A stretch of DNA of 64,000 nt, from positions 2,080,001 to 2,144,000 of the forward strand of contig OY769902.1 in the NCBI GenBank assembly GCA_963669175.1, given 5' to 3'. Positions within the stretch are counted from its first letter, which is position 1; each line of letters starts with the position of its first letter. The notes beneath the pieces were generated by a model. The model had not been told where the DNA came from. It made no database searches and worked only from the letters and a program-made list of their open reading frames with translations. Below are positions 42,981 through 54,200 of this stretch, piece after piece. A program made the position numbers and the translations under genes. This DNA is from a bacterium. GTDB lineage: Bacteria > Electryoneota > Electryoneia > Electryoneales > Electryoneaceae.

Positions 42981-44639
42981 ATGAAGAGCAGAATTGTACA
43001 TTCAGTTTTGGCTACACTGCTGTTTTTTGCATTATCCCAGCAGTCGTGGGCGGGAATTACAGCCAGGATAGGTTACCTGGTTCCCAACTTTCAGGTTTTA
43101 CCAATTGGTGATATCATTGATCGTGAAGTGATTGATGAAAACACCGAAATTGGCCTGGAAGACATGAACGAGTTCTTTTTTGTGGAAATCAAGGCTACCG
43201 ATGATCTGCGTGATACACCTGTTGTAATTGAAATTGTTGAACAGCTTGGCGCAGAAACCCTGATTCGATTTGTGTCCAGTGCAGAGCACCCTTTCACCCT
43301 TGGGCAGTGGATGGATGGGACTAATAACGGTTACCTGGAAAATGACGAGTTCTATCTTCTCCAGGATTCTGACTGGTTTTTCACCGATTATACCCAAACC
43401 TATTATGCGGAGACATCGGATATAATAGGTTTGATCGAAGATGGAAACATGATTCGATCCTCCCTGGTGATCAGCCTGTTTGTTCATACACTTGATGGCA
43501 CACCGCTTGCCGCATATTCCCAGACTGTTGAAGTGTACAATCCCAGCCCGCCGCAGTTGATGTCGCCTGCAAATGCCGAGAGTATTCCGGATCTGCCGAT
43601 TCTGTTCTCATGGGAATGGAATGGCGGCGCCACAACAGCAGCAAACTGGATGTTCTACCTGGTGGAAGGCGAGCCCAACGCGGATGGCGCCACGGTGATC
43701 GAGGACAGGAACAGTCTGAATACCATTTTCGAAGGGTCGCCAACCTCAACATTGTCAAACTTTTATTCCCATATGAGCAATAGAGAACGACCGCTTGAGG
43801 TGGGACACACGTATTACTGGATGGTTGAAGTTGAAGTACCCTCAGCTCTGCCGGGCAATGAGCTGAAATATGCTTCGGACATTTCCTGGTTCCAGTTTGG
43901 TGAGACCGGTGGACGTCCGTTGATGCAACTTGTCTCGCCGATTGACGGCGCCAGTGTTTACAATCTGCCGATTATCTTTGAATGGAATTATGCGGGATTT
44001 CAAAGCCAGCGTCAAGACTGGGAAATCAGGATTGCCCGTTGTGCAGAAAATGAAGATCCTGAAGCTGCGCTCGAAAATCCGCGAAACCGTTTATACTCGG
44101 GACAGCCACATGCTGCCAGTTCCCATATGCTGAACCGTTCCAATTTCAACCCGGATGAACCGACACGGATTTGTTGGAGCGTGCGTGTTGAAGGTGATTT
44201 CGATGGGGGCTTCCTTGAGTCTGAGCCAGCTTGTTTTTACTATGCCGGCGAGCGTGGTCGTGGTGGTGGAGTGGCCCACGGCGGTGGCGGGCCGGGCCGT
44301 CGAGGTGGCGATGATGATGAGGGTGGCGAAGCTGGCGGAGCTGGTGAGGAACGTGTCGGTGGACAGTCGGAAGGAAGCCAGACCGGTTCTGAAACAGGAA
44401 GACGTGAACGAGCCGCGCAAGAGAATGGGCCGCGACAAATCGTGAACGACCCCGTATTTGATATCCTGTCCACAGTGTTGACATACGAACAGATCTCCAC
44501 TCTCATGATTGACCTCCGAGGTTACAATCATAAGGATATTGTTGTCGAGGGGATAGGCGGACAGACCATCAGCCAGTTGGTGTCCTACCTGCAACAAAAC
44601 AACATCAGCATTAAACAGGTCCGCATTGTCGCGGAATAA
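42981..44639 (+). CDS. Secreted hypothetical protein with two FN3-like repeats and a Gly-rich linker
   Basis: Signal peptide; duplicated QL.SP......LPI.F.W...W.V.VE units. Confidence 0.7.
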   Translation: MKSRIVHSVLATLLFFALSQQSWAGITARIGYLVPNFQVLPIGDIIDREVIDENTEIGLEDMNEFFFVEIKATDDLRDTPVVIEIVEQLGAETLIRFVSSAEHPFTLGQWMDGTNNGYLENDEFYLLQDSDWFFTDYTQTYYAETSDIIGLIEDGNMIRSSLVISLFVHTLDGTPLAAYSQTVEVYNPSPPQLMSPANAESIPDLPILFSWEWNGGATTAANWMFYLVEGEPNADGATVIEDRNSLNTIFEGSPTSTLSNFYSHMSNRERPLEVGHTYYWMVEVEVPSALPGNELKYASDISWFQFGETGGRPLMQLVSPIDGASVYNLPIIFEWNYAGFQSQRQDWEIRIARCAENEDPEAALENPRNRLYSGQPHAASSHMLNRSNFNPDEPTRICWSVRVEGDFDGGFLESEPACFYYAGERGRGGGVAHGGGGPGRRGGDDDEGGEAGGAGEERVGGQSEGSQTGSETGRRERAAQENGPRQIVNDPVFDILSTVLTYEQISTLMIDLRGYNHKDIVVEGIGGQTISQLVSYLQQNNISIKQVRIVAE

Positions 44640-44654
44640 CCATCGGAGGCAGAC

Positions 44655-45371
44655 ATGAGCAACGTAAAGAACATTTTCGCATGGACGCTTCTGGTTGGGA
44701 TAACCCTGATTCTTGGAGTGTCATTGGCGGACGATGAGAAGGAATCAATCGCAGTCACCATGTCCGTAAAAGGAACTGTTGAATTCAGAACCGTCCAGAC
44801 AGACTGGAAACCGTTGAAGTTCGGTGTCGTTTTCAAGGATGGCGACATTGTCCGTACCGGCCCGGATGGCTTCGCTTCGATTGTTTTTACTGATGATAAA
44901 ACAGAACTGAAGGTTCGCCCGAAGACAGAAATTACCTTGAATGCCGAGAGAAACGCCGACTTCAACCTGTCAAAGAAGATCGGGCAGACGGTCGGTGAGC
45001 TGTTCGTAAGCGCACGCCAACCGAAGGGGTATATCCAGGTGGAATCGCCTTTGGCTGTCGCTACTGTGAAAGGGACCGAGTTCGTTTCGCTGGTACGTTC
45101 TACCGGCGACACTCGGATTGTCACGCTTGAAGGTGTTGTTGAACTGAAGCGCAAAGACAACCAGCAGGTGATCGAGGTTGCTGCCGGAAGACGTGGCACC
45201 GCGTATTCCGATGGACGCCTGATTGAAGCTGAAAGTGATCCTGCGAATGTGCCAAACTTCCAGCAGGATTCCGGAACAGGCGGCGACATGGGCAAGTCCA
45301 TCGAGATCCTGTTCGAGAACGATGAAGGTGAGAAACGACGTGTGATTATTGAAGTGGAAGAAGAGGAATAG
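44655..45371 (+). CDS. FecR-domain protein
   Basis: GD.VRTG.DG.A.IVF.D, SP.AVATVKGTEF, LEGVVE. Confidence 0.85.
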   Translation: MSNVKNIFAWTLLVGITLILGVSLADDEKESIAVTMSVKGTVEFRTVQTDWKPLKFGVVFKDGDIVRTGPDGFASIVFTDDKTELKVRPKTEITLNAERNADFNLSKKIGQTVGELFVSARQPKGYIQVESPLAVATVKGTEFVSLVRSTGDTRIVTLEGVVELKRKDNQQVIEVAAGRRGTAYSDGRLIEAESDPANVPNFQQDSGTGGDMGKSIEILFENDEGEKRRVIIEVEEEE

Positions 45372-45423
45372 GAATAACGCCTACACTATTTTTCGCGTTT
45401 ATTTATACGTGTTTTGCATTATC

Positions 45424-45445
45424 AACGGGCTTCGGCCCGTTTTTG
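45424..45445 (+). terminator. Intrinsic terminator
   Basis: AACGGGC-TTCG-GCCCGTT-TTT. Confidence 0.7.
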
Positions 45446-45448
45446 ATT

Positions 45449-45523
45449 CACAGGATGCACATAATGATGAAGGATGATCAGGATGGGCACATATAGGCAA
45501 TTAGGAATTAGGAATTAGGAATT
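45449..45523. repeat. AGGATG-type 9-mer repeats and (AATTAGG)n heptamers
   Basis: CAGGATGCAC...AAGGATGATCAGGATG; AATTAGG x3. Confidence 0.6.
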
Positions 45524-45543
45524 GACTATCTGGAATTTAAGTA

Positions 45544-47057
45544 GTCGTCTCTGAAGAAATATGTAACGAGTTGGTAATAAAGGTATTTACAAGGAGAATG
45601 TGAGGTATTATATTGCAGGAAAAGTACGCGAAACCGTTCATTTTCCGGTGAATTATGCATCCGAAAAAGCAGCTTTCCGATGTGGACATATTCCGGAGTC
45701 GTCTCGATCAGATGATTGATATGCGACGTCCGTTGGTATTGCTTGCCGACCGCATGGATTGGTCGGCGTTCGAGTCAGAATTTGGCGCCTTGTACTTTGA
45801 AAAACGAGGTCGTCCGGGGCTTCCGATCCGTCTGCTGGTGGGCTTGAGCTACTTGTCCCGCATGTACAATCTCAGCGATGAGGCGGTGGTGGAAGCGTGG
45901 GTGGACAACCCGTACTGGCAGTATTTCTGCGGGTTTGACCATTTTCAGCACGAGTTTCCACTTCACCCGAGCAGCCTGGTTCGCTGGCGGAAACGGATTG
46001 GCGAAAAAGGCATGGAATTTCTTCTTCAACAGACGCTTCATTCTGCCCGTACGATGAAAGCCTTGACCATGGGTGATCTTTCCCGTGTGAATGTTGACAC
46101 GACCGTACAGGAGAAGGCGATCCGTTTTCCGACAGATGCCCGTCTCTATCACCGCATGCGTGAATGCCTTGTCAGGCTTGCGAAACGTGACGGTATTCAT
46201 CTTCGTCAAAGTTACGCACAGGTTGGTAAAAAGACCCTGTTGATGCAACATCGCTACGGTCATGCCCGCCAGATGAAACGCGCCGCGAAAGAGACGAAAC
46301 GCCTGAAGACCCAGTTGGGTTGTGTGTATCGGGACATTGGACGAAAGCTTCCGGACACCGCTTCCCAGGCCCTTCGTCGCTTGCTTGTCCTGGCGGAGCG
46401 TCTTCTTCAGCAGGCACGTACGGACAAGAACAAGCTGTACAGTGTGCATGAACCGGACGTGGAGTGCATCGCCAAGGGTAAAGTGCATAAGAAGTACGAG
46501 TTTGGTTGCAAAGCCGGTATTGTCACGACCAGTGCAGGCAACTGGGTGGTTGGCGCGTTGGCTTTTCACGGCAATCCCTATGACGGGCATACGCTGGCGC
46601 AGTCCCTGGAGCAGATGCAGCGTCTGACCGGAGTCGTGCCGTCCGCAACATACTGCGACAAAGGCTATCGTGGTCACAACTACACGGGTGAAAGCATGGT
46701 TCACGTTGTCAATTGGAAACGCAAAAAGCTGAGTCGTTCGGAAAAACGCTGGTTCAAACGACGAGCGGCCATCGAACCTGTGATCGGTCACCTGAAGGAT
46801 GATCACAGGCTAAACAGAAACCGGTTGAAGGGGAAAGACGGCGATCAGATTAACGTGATGCTGGCCGCGTGCGGCCTGAACCTGCGAAAACTGCTGCGGG
46901 TTCTTTTGTCTCTGTTTAAAAAGGGTAGAAAAGGGGCGGTGCCAGCGCAATCTCAACTGCAATTACTCCTTGAAGCGTTCATTATGCGCTATGCCAATCC
47001 ATTCCCGACTGAAAAAGGGATACCCGCTGTTTAAATATTGAATTTATCAGAATCGAC
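45544..47057 (+). mobile_element. IS5-family insertion sequence
   Basis: Imperfect terminal IRs GTCGTCTCTGAAGAAAT and ATTTATCAGAATCGAC, flanked by TA on both sides; single transposase. Confidence 0.85.
45655..47034 (+). CDS. IS5 family transposase
   Basis: NPYWQYFCG, VDTTVQEK..FPTD, CIAKGK..K.YEFG.K, NPYDGHTL, DKGYRG, RRAAIEPVIGHLK.DHRL.RN. Confidence 0.95.
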   Translation: MHPKKQLSDVDIFRSRLDQMIDMRRPLVLLADRMDWSAFESEFGALYFEKRGRPGLPIRLLVGLSYLSRMYNLSDEAVVEAWVDNPYWQYFCGFDHFQHEFPLHPSSLVRWRKRIGEKGMEFLLQQTLHSARTMKALTMGDLSRVNVDTTVQEKAIRFPTDARLYHRMRECLVRLAKRDGIHLRQSYAQVGKKTLLMQHRYGHARQMKRAAKETKRLKTQLGCVYRDIGRKLPDTASQALRRLLVLAERLLQQARTDKNKLYSVHEPDVECIAKGKVHKKYEFGCKAGIVTTSAGNWVVGALAFHGNPYDGHTLAQSLEQMQRLTGVVPSATYCDKGYRGHNYTGESMVHVVNWKRKKLSRSEKRWFKRRAAIEPVIGHLKDDHRLNRNRLKGKDGDQINVMLAACGLNLRKLLRVLLSLFKKGRKGAVPAQSQLQLLLEAFIMRYANPFPTEKGIPAV

Positions 47058-47124
47058 TAAGTACTGTCAATAGTATCTATTTTGAAGCAAAATCCATAAA
47101 ATAACTTTGGAACTTTCCAACTTA

Positions 47125-47280
47125 TTTGCAGGATAAACAGGATGATCAAGGATGTAAAGGATAAAATGATACTTATAGTAGAAACTATTGTGCTGTATGA
47201 CTTGTTGTTTCTTTTTTCACCTTTTTCACTTACCACTTTTTCACTTTCTTCCTTCTTCCTTCTATGTCTTTCTTTTTCGA
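47125..47280. repeat. Low-complexity 9-mer repeats (AGGATG-type and TTTTTCAC(C/T)-type)
   Basis: GCAGGATAAACAGGATGATCAAGGATG; TTTTTCACCTTTTTCACTTACCACTTTTTCACT. Confidence 0.6.
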
Positions 47281-47626
47281 AAGCTGTGGACAATTTGCTT
47301 TTGTCTCAATGAACAACTATTTTAATTATGCCCAGCACACGGAGATACTATGAATCGAATGAACCGTTGGTATTTTTGTAAGCAGTATGTCGTTCAAGCG
47401 CTTAGGAACGCCCACACACAGCTCAGATGGCATTGCTTTCCCCGCCTTTTCTATCTGATGCCAGTCCCTCGTGTTGTCATTCTGTACCCAACTCAGGGAG
47501 GCTCTCGTGAGTATGCTGGATAGTACAAGATTCCCGACTTGCTCATCAGATGCAGCGCAGAGCGAAGCGCAGGGAACATCGCTGCCGCCTCAAGAGCGTC
47601 CGCCTTTACAACCTGCAAATCGGGCC

Positions 47627-50600
47627 ATGCGATTTCTGATGCTTTTTTCACCTTTTTCACTTCCCACTTTTTTCACTCCATTATATCATCCCCGGCTTGA
47701 ACGGGGATCTCGAGGATCATTGCACCGGGTCACGCAGTTTGCCGTTTCTTTTTTCACCTTTTTCACTTTGCTTACTTTTTTCACTTCGAGTTTAGCGGAG
47801 ACATTTGTTTCCGGCGAAGTCTCCGGCGTGTGGGATGTGGACGGTTCCCCTTACCTCGTCACCGACACCCTGACTGTTCCCGCTGGTGATACTCTTCTGG
47901 TCGAGCCTGGTGTCACCATCACCTTTCTGGATCAGACCGATAGCACACGAACGCCGGTGTATGTCTACGGTCGTCTGGACATTCAGGGGGTGGAAGGAGA
48001 TTCGGTCTTCATCAACTCCGAAGGGGCAGCATTCGAGGGAATCTTCTTACTTGGCGATTGGGTAAATCGTTACATCAATGTCAAGTATTGTGCAACTGAT
48101 TCTGCATATGACTTCCTTAATACTTCAGGATTAGGAACCGGGGTTACATTGTGCCACAGCCGAATTCACGCTCTAAGATTTTTTCTGGACTGTAGTTTGG
48201 ATATCGCGGATACAGTTGAGTACTGCACATTGATTGAAGCGCCCGGAGGATCTGCTTATGGAATTGTAAGAATACGCAACGGTGCTTTTCGACATAACCA
48301 GTGTGCTACCTCGCTGGTTGAAATCACCATTACATCCGAGGTATCAGTGCCTGTTGAATATAATGAGGTGTTTATTCTTGAATTTGATTTCTATTCTCAT
48401 ATTGATACACCTCTTGAAGTAAACAACAACACTATTAACGCCATCATTGATGGCGATGCTTTTTCTCCGGGAGCTGGAAATTATTATATCCATGATAACA
48501 TTATTTACAATGAACAATATGCAAGATCCATTTGTATCAGTAATGGAAACGATGCTGTCATAGAGCGAAATAATATTGGAAATATTGACTGCAGATACAT
48601 GGATGGCGATGTAGAAATCTTTAATAATACGATTACTGGGCTTCATGATTCTTATCTTGATTATGCTATTGAAATTCGTGAATGCAATGCTTCGATACAC
48701 GACAACCTGATCCGTATGGGTGGGACAGGAATAGGGTTGAGTGCTTCGCCAGGTTCCGATGTGTACAATAACACCATTCACTTTGACAATTATGGCATCC
48801 GTATGGTGAATACGACTCTTGGCGACATTGTGAACAATATCTTTCAGGGCGATGGGCAGGGGAATGGGATACAAAGTGTGAATGGTTCCCTGGCAGACGA
48901 GACAGCTTATAATTGTTTCTGGAATGTGACCGAAGCCATCTCCGGGTATGAGATGGACGAAACCAACCTGATTGCCGATCCCTTCCTTGCGGGCGGTGAT
49001 CCCTTTGACTACCACTTGCAGGCCAACAGCCCGTGCATTGACGTCGGTGATCCGGACAGCCCGGACGATCCCGACGGCACCCGTGCGGATATCGGATGCT
49101 ACTACTACGATCATACTATCGACAACCCACCGGTTCAGACCATCCCGGAAGAGGTTTTCGCCCAGACCGGACAACTGCTCCGTATTCAGATTATCGCAAT
49201 CGACGACAACGGCCCCTTCATCTTTACGTTACCTGACCTTCCGGACTGGCTGACCGAAGAGGACGAGCTGGATTGGGTCAGCGATACGACAGTCGTATCG
49301 GGAACCGTACCCGCAGATGCGGAGGATTTCAGCTTCACGGTGATCGTGGAGGATGGTGAAGGACAGACGGATACCTCCCTTGTCACCGTGGATGTGGATC
49401 AGCGCACGCTATTGAGTGGTGAAATCAGCGGTGTTTTGCATGTTGAGGACAGCCCTTTTTATGTGGTGCAGGACATTATCGTCCCCGAAGGAGACAGTCT
49501 GGTTATCGAACCGGGATGCGAACTCCAGTTCAGGTATGTGGAGGATGAAGAGCAGCGCCTGAGTTTATTATGTCAAGGAACGCTAATAGCTGAAGGAACA
49601 GAAGAAGATTCAATCAAGTTTACAATGAGCACTGAAGAGAGTGTTCTTCGTGGATGGAATCGAATACGTATTGATGGTGTAGATGCCTATGCATCTTTTC
49701 GATTTATTCTTGTACATAATGCTAGTTTCGGACTTCAAGTTGCTAATGAGGCTATAGCAAATATCATGCATTATTATTCGTCAACATCAAGAATATCAAT
49801 AGCGGGTGCACTAGCTTTAATTGATAGTAGTTATTTAACTACTTATGATAATTATGGGTATACTATGATAGAAATTACTAATAATGCGAATGCAAGTGTA
49901 ACAAATTGTCTATTAGAAGATTTGTCAATTCCACCCGTGTCGAAAGCATTCGCTATCGGTACAGGCAACATCTCTATAGAAAAAAACACCATAACTGGTA
50001 CTAGTGGTGCTACTGTTGAATGGAATGCAAGTCCTGTATTTGCTCAAAACATATTTTATAAATGTGGATTATATAGAACATTTGTAATAGCTAACTATGC
50101 GCGAATGAATGTGTTCAATAATTTGTTCATAGGAACCTACATAGATTCAACAATTGCAATACAAACAGCATCAATTACAGATACAATTGCCAACAATATG
50201 TTTAGTAATTTTCAACTCTGCATATACCTCCGCAACTGGGAGGACGATGATGAAACAAGCCCGGTAATCCGAAACAATGTTTTTATAAATAGTCATACCG
50301 GTATCCATTCAGACTTGTCACAGGATCGAACCTATCATACGGAATACAATACGTTCTGGGAGGTTGACACTCCGGTGATTGATTGCCCATTTGATCAAAC
50401 TAACCTGGTTGTTGATCCTCTCTTCGCTGATACCTCATACCATCTTTACGACAACTCACCCCTTATTGATGCCGGATATCCAGAAAACGACTGGTTTGAT
50501 ACAGACAGCACACGTAGTGATATCGGCCTTTGGGGAGGACCCTATGGCACATCCTATGAATACCCTGTTTGGGTAAGGGAGTCATGCGAAGAGTTACCCT

Positions 50601-50863
50601 CTGAGTTCAGGTTGAGTTCTCCCTATCCGAACCCATTCAATTCCGTACAGCATATCCAGGTAGCGTTGCCCTGCCGTTGCTCTCTGACATTGAGACTGTA
50701 CAATGTCCTGGGAAGACAGGTTTTTGCACGACATACACCGACGCTGGATGCCGGAAACCACATCGTGAGTTATTCCGCGAATCATCTTTCTTCCGGGGTG
50801 TATTTCCTGGAAGTGACCGCAGGAAAGGAGGTGCAGCGCGCACGAGTTCTGTTGTTGAAGTAG
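47627..50863 (+). CDS. Secreted double beta-helix protein with T9SS-type CTD; start uncertain (ORF open from 47471), N-terminus repeat-derived
   Basis: Two SGE.SG...SP..V...IEPG modules, LQANSPCID.GDP, YPNPFN...RVLLLK. Confidence 0.78.
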   Translation: MRFLMLFSPFSLPTFFTPLYHPRLERGSRGSLHRVTQFAVSFFTFFTLLTFFTSSLAETFVSGEVSGVWDVDGSPYLVTDTLTVPAGDTLLVEPGVTITFLDQTDSTRTPVYVYGRLDIQGVEGDSVFINSEGAAFEGIFLLGDWVNRYINVKYCATDSAYDFLNTSGLGTGVTLCHSRIHALRFFLDCSLDIADTVEYCTLIEAPGGSAYGIVRIRNGAFRHNQCATSLVEITITSEVSVPVEYNEVFILEFDFYSHIDTPLEVNNNTINAIIDGDAFSPGAGNYYIHDNIIYNEQYARSICISNGNDAVIERNNIGNIDCRYMDGDVEIFNNTITGLHDSYLDYAIEIRECNASIHDNLIRMGGTGIGLSASPGSDVYNNTIHFDNYGIRMVNTTLGDIVNNIFQGDGQGNGIQSVNGSLADETAYNCFWNVTEAISGYEMDETNLIADPFLAGGDPFDYHLQANSPCIDVGDPDSPDDPDGTRADIGCYYYDHTIDNPPVQTIPEEVFAQTGQLLRIQIIAIDDNGPFIFTLPDLPDWLTEEDELDWVSDTTVVSGTVPADAEDFSFTVIVEDGEGQTDTSLVTVDVDQRTLLSGEISGVLHVEDSPFYVVQDIIVPEGDSLVIEPGCELQFRYVEDEEQRLSLLCQGTLIAEGTEEDSIKFTMSTEESVLRGWNRIRIDGVDAYASFRFILVHNASFGLQVANEAIANIMHYYSSTSRISIAGALALIDSSYLTTYDNYGYTMIEITNNANASVTNCLLEDLSIPPVSKAFAIGTGNISIEKNTITGTSGATVEWNASPVFAQNIFYKCGLYRTFVIANYARMNVFNNLFIGTYIDSTIAIQTASITDTIANNMFSNFQLCIYLRNWEDDDETSPVIRNNVFINSHTGIHSDLSQDRTYHTEYNTFWEVDTPVIDCPFDQTNLVVDPLFADTSYHLYDNSPLIDAGYPENDWFDTDSTRSDIGLWGGPYGTSYEYPVWVRESCEELPSEFRLSSPYPNPFNSVQHIQVALPCRCSLTLRLYNVLGRQVFARHTPTLDAGNHIVSYSANHLSSGVYFLEVTAGKEVQRARVLLLK

Positions 50864-50867
50864 GTAG

Positions 50868-50980
50868 GAAAAAACTAGAAAAAACTAAGGACAGAAAAAA
50901 CTAGGGACAGACGAAAAAACTAGGGACAGACGGTAGTTATTAGAAAAAACTAGAAAAACTAGGGACAGACGGTAGTTATT
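50868..50980. repeat. Nested tandem copies of AAAAAACTAGGGACAGACGGTAGTT
   Basis: Six copies sharing one 5' start with different 3' lengths. Confidence 0.85.
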
Positions 50981-51208
50981 GGTACTTATAATTTGAAGCG
51001 AAAGACAACAACTTTTCAACATTTGTAATGTTACGATCAGGTCTCAGGTTTGTTAAGAATGATGAGAAGCCTGATCAGACTCGTTTCGGACTTTTTATTT
51101 TCCCCTTTGAGCCAGTTGTAAATATTTTTTTTTTTAAGAGATAGCTCCATATTGCATCCATTCTGTTTCAGTAGTATGTTTCTTTCATCGTAGCGCAAAG
51201 GAGTACCT

Positions 51209-54200
51209 ATGACACGTATGAACTTTCCTTTACAGCGTGACACACTCCCCGCAGTCGTGTTGCGTAAGGCTGGACACACGGTATGCCAACACCATGCGCC
51301 ATTTTCCCCGCAATGGTTCAGAGAGGATGCTCTATGCTTCTTCCTGCTGCTTCTGTCCCTGGCCTTTGTACCCCTTGTAGTTCCCCAAACCATTCACGCA
51401 GAGACCATCGTTTCCGGCGAAGTGTCCGGTGTGTGGGACACAGACGGCTCGCCTTACCTGGTTACCGACACTTTAATTGTCGCTGAAGGGGACACTCTCC
51501 TGATCGAGCCGGGTGTGACGGTTGAATTTCAGGATCAGGACAGTACCAACCAGACTCCTTTCATTATTTATGGTGTTATCAGTGCTCAAGGTTCTCTTGA
51601 GGATTCCATTTCGTTTTTATCAGGAGAATACCCTTTCTATGGATTTTTAACGCCTCAAAATTATAGCGATGCTTCCATTTATCTGGAATATTGCATCATT
51701 GATCGTGCGTTTTATCCGATTGATGTGCATATTATTCAGGGTGTTACACTGCAGCATTGTCGAATTTTGTCAAGTGAAACTGTTTTAAACAATCATTCAA
51801 CGTCAAATATCATAGAGTATTGTACAATTAATAGCTATGACGGAACTGTACCAACTGTATCGTTACATCAAACCGTTAATTCTCGTATTGAAAATAATCG
51901 AGGTGATTTGGAACTCAATATCGTGAGCGGTACAGTAGAGCCAATTATGGGGAATACGATCCGGTCATTATTGTACTTTGCGCCTTACGTGGTACTGTAT
52001 GATAATACATTCAGTAATCAAGTTAATTTTACCAATACAGAAGTAGAGGTGTATAATAATATATTTTCTTCCACAGTTTCATTTAATATATCTAGCGGTA
52101 ATGCATATAATAACACATTTAATGTTATATATATATATCAGGATAACAATTTATATCTATATGATAATTATATTTATAGTGAAAGTAATACGAATATTAT
52201 ATTGTTAGATGAATCAGATACTGTCATATTTCGTAATAATATAATTAGAGGAAATGGAAATGGCGTAGATATGGATGATTGTTCTTGTGTGAGGTTTGTA
52301 AACAATACTTTCGAATTTGGTACACGCATACTACGGCAGGATAATTCTACAAATGTTGTAATCAACCATAATATATTTACTGGTGATCGTGTTGATTGTA
52401 CAGGATATGTTCTTTTTAGCGGTGATGAACCTGACAGTCTGGCTTATAACTGCTTTTACAACCTTTCTGCGAATGTTTCGGGAATAGAACTGAATGAAAC
52501 GAACCAGGAAGAGAATCCATGCTTCGCAGGTGGCAATCCCTTTGACTACCATTTGCAGGCGAATAGTCCCTGCATTGATGCCGGTGACCCCAACAGCCCG
52601 GACGATCCTGACGGTACACGTGCGGATATAGGCTGCTACTACTACGACCAGTCCATCGACAACCCGCCGGTGCAGACCATCCCCGAAGAAATCATCGCGC
52701 AAACCGGGCAAATGCTCCGTATCCAAATCACTGCCACCGATGACAACGGCCCCTTCAGTTTCACGTTCCCGGACCTGCCGGAATGGCTCAGTGAAGAAGA
52801 TGAGCTTGATTGGGTGAGCGATACGACAGCCGTATCGGGAACCGTCCCCGAAGAGGAGGAAGATTTCAGTTTCACGGTGATCGTGGAAGATGGTGAAGGA
52901 CAGACAGACTCGTCGATTGTGTTTATCAACGTGGATCACAGAACCCTGTTAAGTGGCGAGATTAGTGGTGTGCTTCATGTTGAGAACAGCCCGTTTTATG
53001 TGGTGGAGGATATCATCGTCCCCGAAGGCGACAGCCTGATCATCGAACCGGGGTGTGAACTGCAATTCAGGTGTTTTCAGGATGAAGAGCAGTTCATTCA
53101 GTTTGAGTGCAATGGGACACTAATTGCGGAAGGTACGGAAACAGATAGCATTTACTTTCATGATGATCAGCAGGATGAATGGGATGAGGGTTGGTATGGT
53201 ACCCAACTGTATAGTACACAGGATACAACTCGATTGGCATACTGCGTCTTCGAAAACTCAAAACAGGGAATCAGTATCTGGCCCAATGTTCCTATTACCA
53301 TCAAACATTCTCGATTTTATCATACCCCTTCGTATGCAATCAGATGCGCTCCAGGTTCGTTTATGATACTTGATTCCAGTGTTATTATTCAAGAAGATCC
53401 ATCTTACTACTCAGTGAAAGTTGCAACTGCAAATGCAATAATCACAAATTCAACTTTCATATATAACTATGCCTTACCATATAATTATCTTGTTATTCCG
53501 CTCTATGTAAACGAATCAAGTTCTGTTCGCTTAATCAATTGTTCTTTTGATGGAGGGTTCCGCACCAATATTGTGTCAAACTCAACAGCTGAAATCCGAG
53601 GATGTACGTATCGTGACATGCGGCATGGGGTTATCGTTTCTACTGGTTCGACAGCACAAATAACTAATTGCCTTTTCGAACGAATCGGTCGACAGGAATA
53701 TGGCGAGGCTGCTATCAGCACATGGCGGTTACCTACTGAAATTGCTAACAATGTCTTTCACAATTGTCGCATTGGTGTCCAATTCTATGCGCCATCAAAC
53801 AACGATACAATTCCTGTTATTTACAACAATCTTTTCCTGGATAACAATGTGGGTCTTTTCTCCGAGGATGAACCTTCTGAACTACCCTGGACGCAGTACA
53901 ACTGCTTCTTTGGAAACGACACCTTGACGTGGCAATGTGATATCAGCGACTCGAACCTATTCTGCAACCCGATTATAGAAGATACCTTAACATACTATTT
54001 ATATGACAATTCGTGTCTTATCGACGCAGGGAATCCTGACACGCGGTACAACGATATTGACAGTACTTGGAATGATATTGGCCTTTGGGGCGGACCGTAT
54101 GGCTTATCCTATACCTATCCATTGATAGTTCAGGAAGACATCTCCCTGCTGCCTTCCAAGTTTGAGATTGTATCTTTGTATCCCAATCCCTTCAATTCGC

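Noticed and set aside
47057-47293. 78-aa membrane-like ORF
   Set aside because: Produced by low-complexity repeats next to the IS end
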